From Candidatus Poseidoniaceae archaeon (lineage in GTDB: Archaea; Thermoplasmatota; Poseidoniia; Poseidoniales; Poseidoniaceae), in NCBI GenBank assembly GCA_028353405.1, contig JAOMOG010000002.1:1514-65513 (forward strand): DNA of 64,000 bases, in the 5' to 3' direction. The translations under genes were made by a program, and so were the position numbers. The notes below the pieces were generated by a model. The model saw only the letters and a list, made by a program, of their open reading frames with translations. It ran no database searches and was not told the DNA's origin. The stretch's first letter is position 1. Each line of letters begins with the position of its first letter. Of this stretch, positions 49,301 through 55,178 are shown one piece after another.

Positions 49301-49428
49301 TGGCAAGTCAAAAGAGAAAACGAGTGGTTGATGAATATGAAATGAAGAGAATTGGGCACTTAGTCGCAGCACATGCCTCTGCCCCACCACGCCCTGCAGA
49401 TTTAGATGAAAATAGCCAAGAGGAATAG
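43387..49428 (+). CDS. Giant (2013 aa) cell-surface glycoprotein with repeated jelly-roll (MAM/immune-inhibitor-A-like) domains, Ig/CARDB-like domains and C-terminal TM
   Basis: N-terminal TM/signal; three repeats ending GVFFDD, GMAIDD and GWYLDD, including WxxExxxDG..SxDxGxxW; many NxS/T sequons; IGEELNITTRVVNEG CARDB-like; TM LLGLSILMVLFSSIGLFM. Confidence 0.85.
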   Translation: MSAKEGLKDGENSQSNAAFFIVFILLITAYTPIIGNSQPDAILEKTSYYETGDVSKSTSIEHWSGPDSFYPNSNQTGVNQTLNSSINIPYNQSVSTAEISIQPLFTSTNGNGTMFGPQSANNWNGTHNDTNGIGHTGMLTLATNSSLGTLTDFEQNVYTPIDWLGHGDNDDIWHILRPTIDSLNTSSNQSVPSSTSQGIGYLSSRALGDIYQNFNSCLSSSVFEVPNYVNNYSLTTKVWLSLLDSDAVWIEAMNDSGIWQVITPDSNYSNSSSLNGSPSMVWSGQSDTWLSQRFQLDSIVSSQSNEIKIRLCLQTSSTVSARAGVFFDDLKLHNDGDQSGAWLHGSLNGDYAPDANGRLIVPANLSNLSGALEIELFTNWDIEGGTNDGMTTWLSLDNGTNWYLLSLSPGHPGNGIWYQGTFHQTESSGWVPISYSLPANVSSHANASNALFRFLVQTDSIVNYGGLSSSGWEGMAIDDIAVYANRSTSSAQKRIIANFTSSSDGLYGNQSGWLNYSGANVNQWNWTNLLGANGPKDILFRFDSGNLAPAGWSVQTSDTRKFEVGAVSNAAGFGPASWPSGTNGAGIYLDNKYTSNMRTHLITPIYDIPENSTARLSFKSWVCTEAAWDGGAVSLSTDGGDSWWYIPPDLNGFHDQISQVNTFSPFYGEGIFDGSNVNGGCHNVVRGFDLKQSDISNLTGQSVRARFTFFSDTYVELDGWYLDDAGIEVDIYEPQGEWISNLISFDDDFQNGGILDGFVEETGGTNIRFDILSANGSEIFGLQNKTLPLSIDLDRSIHSQFQVRVRMSTNSPLQTPVLKNLNFGSNSYFDVFHLQHQSRDYTISGQSNMDYSSGLEIMAIGQTSISWDINAVCPMKNGRLTIVGDNTTISHPGLIVNLQQWEESPARTIYEMASSTSFRNSTTLSLTMFAGDEITSVMFEPDCLFAPRDTKIILGDSLTIFEVSPGQMIFNEILQSVNASSVDNLIDQYFQGGMREVVSIPMTVQTSRGAIKVDFGWVDEPIMEDSISSISASRWVPDQNMNLTTLSWRTESSEPLFDFPTKIDKVTLMLSTSPLQSDSFVEVEVVNVQNNPTFRQVKGTGLASLNTASCQIQIMLNSVEVDWSIDTHWLMDDVDEIHYLVLSTDEEGFEAGPGHLVRSTPFNEFENDLEIIDFNVVSGNSKQLGDAFNPLWPFHLQPNQTLSVTGKVRFEGIANTWAPQDSAEIQIEMKAVPPKNESGGIDEWIGEPIIWSQVWYSSLNQNSVFDRDLIVPQSFGQFPSGTRFEIRPSISRVGPLSENSSTSIDTTANSVFVPFIIDIENPKIISIYALDSGGITPADGHVWMSGQSLALRLFIEDSDGLASPLKMYYWLENHDDSNNDGIMQANEYREISVTLNNGLLSTDIDLPLLDDEQIKAPEEMVGRASVYFVGEDLAGNYIANGGSFGEENDLATITVANRQNTVIDYDSLEFDTIQGVLLAGKEHHFSFNLTDGNGIQTLDRIELALLGREDFSNCFITYFPRYMIIEYDQYCIISAPQVIVTKHPQSATWNVDFTFRLDWNGSYNSGQGGGIPSLKIFDEGQDLGLGVSKISMFLWQPSFEIEIEITSLEDITEPVGVIESNNMWLLRGDEIELFATLMHKGTGLAAEYFPTEAVLNWHLSDTERDSYGVIELGIDGNIYLLLEIDNEIVKHRFATLELYISGTNIAIPQPLMINMTIDDSPPLLAIPTGYLTIINSDEMENVDVAVLISDSAGMKNTEITMHWHFRRANQIVMGSYGQAIVPYNSHSGTTTTFLAIIDMTLEDQSILQAFDRVEIWFEATDKAGYELQGYGSSFSPVQPLFRWIDFEPRFDTIQATPYRPTIGEELNITTRVVNEGVLGGEITLILADSDGKIYATEVVYLESGQWQQFNWTIEAWKTGRLGLTLQILNQTGEVPIPLANVAEIPEESISATSGLLGLSILMVLFSSIGLFMASQKRKRVVDEYEMKRIGHLVAAHASAPPRPADLDENSQEE

Positions 49429-49461
49429 TCAAGAAGAGAAGGCATCACGCCTCAACTACTA

Positions 49462-49546
49462 GCCGAGGTACCCGAGTGGTCAAAGGGGGTGGATTCAAGC
49501 TCCTCTGCATAATGCTTCGCAGGTTCAAATCCTGCCTTCGGCACCA
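49462..49546 (+). tRNA. tRNA-Leu(CAA)
   Basis: Acceptor GCCGAGG/CTTCGGC with A discriminator and encoded CCA; D-loop AGTGGTCAA; anticodon loop TT-CAA-GC; long variable arm; T-loop GTTCAAATC. Confidence 0.93.
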
Positions 49547-49562
49547 ATCAAAAAACACTCTT

Positions 49563-50279
49563 TCAAGGACCTAGAATTGCATCGACTAGTGGCTGAAAAG
49601 TATCACCATGCAGATGCGGTGAAATTACATCTGCTGCATCTTTAATTTCTTGAAAAGAACCACCGACTGCTATTGACCAATTGGCTAGTTCAAACATTGA
49701 CAAATCATTTGGAGCATCTCCGACACATAACAAATCTTGAGATGACAAATTCATTCTGTCTAAGATGAATTCTATACCTTTGCCCTTTGAGAGGTCGGGG
49801 GACATCAAATGGATTGCAAAACCAGTACGAATTACATTTAGATGCGACCACTTACTTTGCGAAATTTTTTCTTTAACCAATTGTAAATTTTCGGAGGGAA
49901 ATAAACACCACTCGCTTTCTCTCCAAGCATTGCTCTCAATTCCTTGTGGATCAAGATCTGGTATTTCTTCAGCAAGCCATAGTGCTGCTTCCCTTGCCTC
50001 CTCACCATTTGCTCGCATAACGACTTCAGGCCATTGCGGATGCCATAGAACTCCTCCATTCTCACAACAAATCGGGCCACTGAGTTGTAAAAACCTCCAC
50101 AGTCCATAGGTGATTGCTCTGACATTTCCAGTAGCAAGAATAACTGCTATTCCAGCCGCTTCAAGCTTCCTTAGTGCAAGAATAGCATCGGTATTGAGTC
50201 GTTTATTATCGTCGGTTAGAGTCCCATCAATATCGACGGCGACAACCTTCGGTCTCCAATCATCTGGAAGCCACTGCAT
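49563..50279 (-). CDS. HAD-IIB phosphatase (archaeal phosphoglycolate phosphatase-like)
   Basis: VDIDGTLT, LATGN, CENGG, SKGKGI, VGDAPNDLSM. Confidence 0.92.
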   Translation of the reverse strand: MQWLPDDWRPKVVAVDIDGTLTDDNKRLNTDAILALRKLEAAGIAVILATGNVRAITYGLWRFLQLSGPICCENGGVLWHPQWPEVVMRANGEEAREAALWLAEEIPDLDPQGIESNAWRESEWCLFPSENLQLVKEKISQSKWSHLNVIRTGFAIHLMSPDLSKGKGIEFILDRMNLSSQDLLCVGDAPNDLSMFELANWSIAVGGSFQEIKDAADVISPHLHGDTFQPLVDAILGP

Positions 50280-50405
50280 GTGTATGGGCAACAGTACTGT
50301 TTTCATCAAGTTTGGCAAAGACCGATTATAATTATTATTAATTTTTCTCGGCTTGAGATGAAATTTAATACTAGTCTTCAAAACAGTTTTGTTAGAGCAG
50401 TGTAT

Positions 50406-53135
50406 ATGGTCGGAGACGATGATGCTGAGGTTTTCCTTTCCATCGAAGACGATTATCCCTCGTCAGAGGATAAAAAACCAAGGTTTTCCAAAGCTAAAAA
50501 AGTTACAAAGGAGAAGCCAAAAATCGTTAAAACTGTAGAAAAAACTCCAGAAGAGGAAGTTTTTGATGGCGAGATATTAGATGCCGAAATCGTAACACAA
50601 TCTGGTGGTGTTTATGACGTCGCTTGGCCACTACTAGGAATGGATTGCCCTGACTGTGCATCAAAAGCAATGAGGGCAATGTCCTATCTGCCACAGGTCA
50701 AAACATCATTAGTTTCGGCAACATCTGGTGAAGTAAGGGCAACTGTTGATTTGGCCGATGGTTCAATTTCAGAAATTTCCTCAATTTTACACTCACTTGG
50801 CCACGCACCAAATGTTGAGCATCACCAATTGGTTGGAATCAGTGCTGGTGGTGTTGCGAGAAGAAACGGTGTTGAAGTAAGGAAATTGGAGAAGATTATT
50901 CGTTTACAACCAGGGATTCTCGATTGTGAGATTGATTCCGATAATCGTATATTGGTACAATTGGTTAGTGATACATCATCGCAATTACTTGAAGCACGAG
51001 ATTCTGCATTGGATGTAATATTAGGGGCGGCTCCAAAATATGTTGAAGCAAAAAGTGCAAAAATACGCCCCGATCAATGGAGATTAATTGGTGGCGGTTT
51101 GGCACTTCCAATTCTGGTGTTAGTTTTAATGGCAGAATTTCTTTCACTATCGGGTATTGTAATCGCAATGATCGCTCTACCCGGATTGGCATTAGGTGGA
51201 TTGCAGATGTTTAAAGAAGCGATTGCAAGTATTAAAAATCGCCAACTTGGATTTCAGGTTCTCACTAGTCTAGCAGTTATCGGTGCAGCAGTGTGGGGAA
51301 TGTGGGAAGAAGCACTTATTGTAGCGATACTAGTTGCCTTTACAGCCCATTTAGAGGGTGATGCACTTGTCAAAGCAAGGGAGGCAATGCAAGGAGGTTT
51401 GGATAGATTACCGCGCACAGCAAGAAGGTTATCTGGAAGTAAGTTACTCAACCAACAAGGACTTAATCAAGCGATAAAGACAAGTGGATTTTCGTTACAA
51501 ATGGTTCCTGATACTATCGACATCACTCCTGGGACTGGGCCGTTAGCAACCTGCCAAGATGAAGGTGAAGGCGTTGAGGTAGTGCCAATTGATTTGATTC
51601 GAGTAGGTAATCAAATAGAGATTAGAAGTGGTGAATTAATTCCTTGTGACGGAATCATTCTAGATGGAATCGGCGCTTTAGATAAAGCGCCTTTAACCGG
51701 AGAATCAGTTCCAGTAGAGGTTTCAAAAGGAGAAGAAATTCAAGCAGGTTTGGTTCTTGCAAAAGGACCACTGGTCATTGAGGTAACCGCAGTTGGCGAC
51801 AATACTAGATTATCGGGATTAATTGAAGCAGTTCATACTTTCAAAGAAGAATCACCGCGTATTCAAAGTGGTATTGAGACATTTACTGCGATTTGGGTAC
51901 CAACAGTTTTGATTGGTGCCTTTGTGGTTTGGTATCTAATGTTCCCAGATAATTGGAAAATAATTCTCCTGTTATGGGTTGTATCTTGTCCATGTGCCCT
52001 ATTATTGGCAACACCAGTGCCACATGCTGCGGCATTATCAAACGCTGCACACATGGGAGTAATCTCTCGTGGTGGAAGTGTATTAGAACGGCTGAGCAAA
52101 GTAAACCATGTATTACTAGATAAAACTGGAACATTAACATCTGGTAAACCAAAAATTGGTCAAGTAATTACAGCAAAGGGAAAGCGCAGTGATTCTGCAA
52201 TAAAAATCGCTGCTGGTCTAGAGGCCCGTTCTAACCACCCCTATGCTCTTGCAATCATGGATTTGGCAACGGAAAAAGGATACAAACCAAGTCCTATTCA
52301 TGGTCATAGCGATGTTGAAGCTGGAGTAGTTGGTATGAGTTCAGGAAAGCAAGTATCGTTAATACGGCCTGATCGCTTAGTCAAATTAGGGATTAAAATT
52401 CCAAAGGAAATTCAAACAGTGCTCGACCAAGCCAACCAACAAGGGCATGGTGCTAGTATTCTATGCAAAGAAGAAGTTCCTATTGCATTGTTTACATTTA
52501 TTCATGATGACACTCGCAAAGGTTCGGATATGATAATTGAGAAATTATATCAGCGAGGAATAAATGTTGAAATTCTTAGTGGAGATTCTCAAGCAGCAGT
52601 ATCAAAGTTTGCCAAACGGGTAGGCTTGCCAGAAGCTGCTGCACATGGTAACTTGAGTCCTGAAGACAAAGTTAAGTGGGTGAGGGGCAGAAGTAAAACG
52701 CACATTACAATGATGGTTGGAGACGGATTCAATGATGCTGCAGCCCTAGCTGTTGCTGATGTTGGAGTTGCGGTTGGTTGTGGGGAAACAGTAAATTTAG
52801 AGGCTGCTGATGTATTGATACCTGCAGAAGATCCAAGCATGTTATGCGACTTGATTGATTTAGCGAGAAAGGCACAACGAATCTTAATTGGAAACCTTGT
52901 TTTCTCGGTGGCGATAACACTAGCATTAGTTTTCGCGGTAATCACCGGCATGTATGACCAATTATGGGTTGGAGTTCTGATTCATGAAGCATCTGTAATA
53001 GTCGTCATTTTGAATGGTGCAAGGCTTGCAGGTAATTCTGGTGCTATGCAATTACTATCTCAAATCCTTAAATCATTATATTTTGATACTAGAAAATCCT
53101 TCGATGCCTTATTTTTGAAGTACCGTTCTAATTAA
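50406..53135 (+). CDS. Heavy-metal P1B-type ATPase (Zn/Cd/Co-type)
   Basis: HMA GMDCPDCA, LTGES, SCPCAL, DKTGTLT, HP, MVGDGFNDA, TM8 HEAS. Confidence 0.94.
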   Translation: MVGDDDAEVFLSIEDDYPSSEDKKPRFSKAKKVTKEKPKIVKTVEKTPEEEVFDGEILDAEIVTQSGGVYDVAWPLLGMDCPDCASKAMRAMSYLPQVKTSLVSATSGEVRATVDLADGSISEISSILHSLGHAPNVEHHQLVGISAGGVARRNGVEVRKLEKIIRLQPGILDCEIDSDNRILVQLVSDTSSQLLEARDSALDVILGAAPKYVEAKSAKIRPDQWRLIGGGLALPILVLVLMAEFLSLSGIVIAMIALPGLALGGLQMFKEAIASIKNRQLGFQVLTSLAVIGAAVWGMWEEALIVAILVAFTAHLEGDALVKAREAMQGGLDRLPRTARRLSGSKLLNQQGLNQAIKTSGFSLQMVPDTIDITPGTGPLATCQDEGEGVEVVPIDLIRVGNQIEIRSGELIPCDGIILDGIGALDKAPLTGESVPVEVSKGEEIQAGLVLAKGPLVIEVTAVGDNTRLSGLIEAVHTFKEESPRIQSGIETFTAIWVPTVLIGAFVVWYLMFPDNWKIILLLWVVSCPCALLLATPVPHAAALSNAAHMGVISRGGSVLERLSKVNHVLLDKTGTLTSGKPKIGQVITAKGKRSDSAIKIAAGLEARSNHPYALAIMDLATEKGYKPSPIHGHSDVEAGVVGMSSGKQVSLIRPDRLVKLGIKIPKEIQTVLDQANQQGHGASILCKEEVPIALFTFIHDDTRKGSDMIIEKLYQRGINVEILSGDSQAAVSKFAKRVGLPEAAAHGNLSPEDKVKWVRGRSKTHITMMVGDGFNDAAALAVADVGVAVGCGETVNLEAADVLIPAEDPSMLCDLIDLARKAQRILIGNLVFSVAITLALVFAVITGMYDQLWVGVLIHEASVIVVILNGARLAGNSGAMQLLSQILKSLYFDTRKSFDALFLKYRSN

Positions 53136-53188
53136 TTTCCCGCGATATCTTCATACCTAAAGCACGCCTCTTCTCACTTGGTGAGACA

Positions 53189-53698
53189 ATGGCACGACTA
53201 CACGCAGACCCAGTGACTACTGCATTAGTACACCCTACACGGAGAAATCTGTACTCGACATTAATGGCAGTTGAAGAGATGAGTACTGTTCAACTTCAAG
53301 CAGCAGTCAATGTTGATAGATACAATTTATATCACCATCTGAAGAAACTTGCTTCTCTAAATCTGGTTGAAAATCATAGAGATGTAGGAAGGGCACGTTG
53401 GTGGAAAATCACTCAACGTGTCACTCTACCTGGGATCGTTGGTAGCAACGAACCGATTGCAGCACAGCCGGTAGCAACCGTCTCCGCTAGTGAGATTGAT
53501 ACTACTGGGCTTCCAAGTGAATTAGCAACTGCAATTTCCGAAGGAAGAGACATACACATTGTCAATTTAGATGGTTCCCGCGAGCAAATTGGAGCAAAGA
53601 AAATGCTTGAGGCATTAGCCAATGATTACGGTATCGAACTCAATCTACCATTTACTTTCGTTCCAGGTGGAATCGCATTGATCGGCAAGAGCCGATGA
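53189..53698 (+). CDS. Winged-helix (ArsR-like) DNA-binding protein with extra C-terminal domain
   Basis: ALVHPTRRNLYSTL..MSTVQL..NLYHHLKKLASLNLVE..GRARWW. Confidence 0.8.
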   Translation: MARLHADPVTTALVHPTRRNLYSTLMAVEEMSTVQLQAAVNVDRYNLYHHLKKLASLNLVENHRDVGRARWWKITQRVTLPGIVGSNEPIAAQPVATVSASEIDTTGLPSELATAISEGRDIHIVNLDGSREQIGAKKMLEALANDYGIELNLPFTFVPGGIALIGKSR

Positions 53699-53740
53699 TC
53701 ATTCAACAATAATCAAGAATAATACGGATGTGGCTTAGGC

Positions 53741-54136
53741 ATGGAAGAAGAAGAAGCAGTTGTAGAATCAAGGATTGCACCCCCTGCATTATCCTGTCCA
53801 AAATGTTCTTCGCTACTACCTTCTGATTTAGGCGTGTTGACCTGTTCAATTTGTTCATCAAAAGTCAAAGTTGAACATCCTGTGACTCGGCGTAATTGGA
53901 ATGATGAAAAGGTAGGGTGCCCTGAATGTTCTAAAGTTCTCATAGTTGGAGTTGACAAGAGGCCAGCCCACTTACAATGCGCTTCCTGCTCAACACATTT
54001 CACCGTCGAGAAAAATGTACCGCGTACTGAAGTAGCCTGCCCAGGATGCGATCGTCGCCTAAGAATGAAAATAAAACCGGGTGAACGAGATATCGATTGT
54101 CCTGCCTGTTCCACATCATTCAAAGTCAAATTTTGA
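53741..54136 (+). CDS. Triple zinc-ribbon protein
   Basis: Six CxxC motifs: CPKC, CSIC, CPEC, CASC, CPGC, CPAC. Confidence 0.85.
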   Translation: MEEEEAVVESRIAPPALSCPKCSSLLPSDLGVLTCSICSSKVKVEHPVTRRNWNDEKVGCPECSKVLIVGVDKRPAHLQCASCSTHFTVEKNVPRTEVACPGCDRRLRMKIKPGERDIDCPACSTSFKVKF

Positions 54137-54145
54137 GGTGAGGAG

Positions 54146-55045
54146 TTGAAAACAACATATCGAATGATGGGAATCGCCGATTACATCACCTTGTGTAATG
54201 GATTATTCGGAACTGCTGCAATCTTGTTCATTATTTTAGCAGTTGAAGATTTGCATCAGCCATACTACGATGGTGGCTTAAAAACACACTATATTTGGTT
54301 AGCAATGCTCTGTATTCTAGCCTCGGTGATAGGTGATATCATCGATGGTCCAGTCGCTAGAAATTATTCAAAAAGAAAACTACTCGGAGGCTCCTTGGAC
54401 ATTATGTCTGATTGCATTTCATTCTGTGTCGCTCCAGCATTATTGATTTTCGTAATGTTTGGTCGGTGGGGGGAAGCATCACCATTTTGGACTATATCTT
54501 TAGGAATTGCAAGTTGTTGGATAATTGCAACTGGAATGTTAAGGTTGGCACGTTTTCAATATGAAGACGGTTCAGAAATCAATTATTTTGTAGGTCTATC
54601 CAGCCCAGGAAACGCATTATTGTTGCTAAGTGTTGCAGGTCTAATTTGGATTCAACCCTCAACAGGCTTTGGCCCAGATTTAACAACTTGGGATTGTTCA
54701 GTATGTTTTGGAAAAGGCACTTCTAAACCCTATTTTGATTTTATGATGTTACCATTGATGTTAATCTGCGGTGGATTAATGATTTCGGACAGACCGATGT
54801 CAAAATTGAAAGGAGGCCTTCCAATGAAGTTGAGTGTCTTACAATTAGTTGCGATGTTAGTTGCGATAACATCCGCATTAGTTCATACCACTAAATCAGA
54901 ACATGGTCTTGATATGGTAGGTCTGAATTTATCTTTTTATCTATTTATTATTTCAGCACTATTGGTTCTAGTCTACATTATCTTAGGTAAAAGAATAGTC
55001 AAAAGCAGCAAACAAATTAACGATTCACTTTCATCGGAAGAATAA
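54146..55045 (+). CDS. CDP-alcohol phosphatidyltransferase (PssA/archaetidylserine synthase-like)
   Basis: IADYITLCN, DIIDGPVAR..GGSLDIMSDCISFCVAPA signature, LRLARF, FVGLSSP. Confidence 0.88.
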   Translation: MKTTYRMMGIADYITLCNGLFGTAAILFIILAVEDLHQPYYDGGLKTHYIWLAMLCILASVIGDIIDGPVARNYSKRKLLGGSLDIMSDCISFCVAPALLIFVMFGRWGEASPFWTISLGIASCWIIATGMLRLARFQYEDGSEINYFVGLSSPGNALLLLSVAGLIWIQPSTGFGPDLTTWDCSVCFGKGTSKPYFDFMMLPLMLICGGLMISDRPMSKLKGGLPMKLSVLQLVAMLVAITSALVHTTKSEHGLDMVGLNLSFYLFIISALLVLVYIILGKRIVKSSKQINDSLSSEE

Positions 55046-55178
55046 TTGAATTGACAAACCTTGGTTTCAAGAGAGTTTGGCTAGCCATATAACACTGCGA
55101 AAAACGGCATTCTAAGGGCAAAGTTAGTCGCGCTCTTTAACTATGATGAGACGAGGATGAGAGATTGGATGGGATACA

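Noticed and set aside
50306-50400. AT-rich stretch as a dif site or origin
   Set aside because: No 11-6-11 dyad or ORB repeats seen and no cdc6 nearby; explained as the divergent promoter region of the HAD and ATPase genes.
53713-54129. 138-aa minus-strand ORF
   Set aside because: Antisense to the six-CxxC zinc-ribbon gene, which fits the operon direction.
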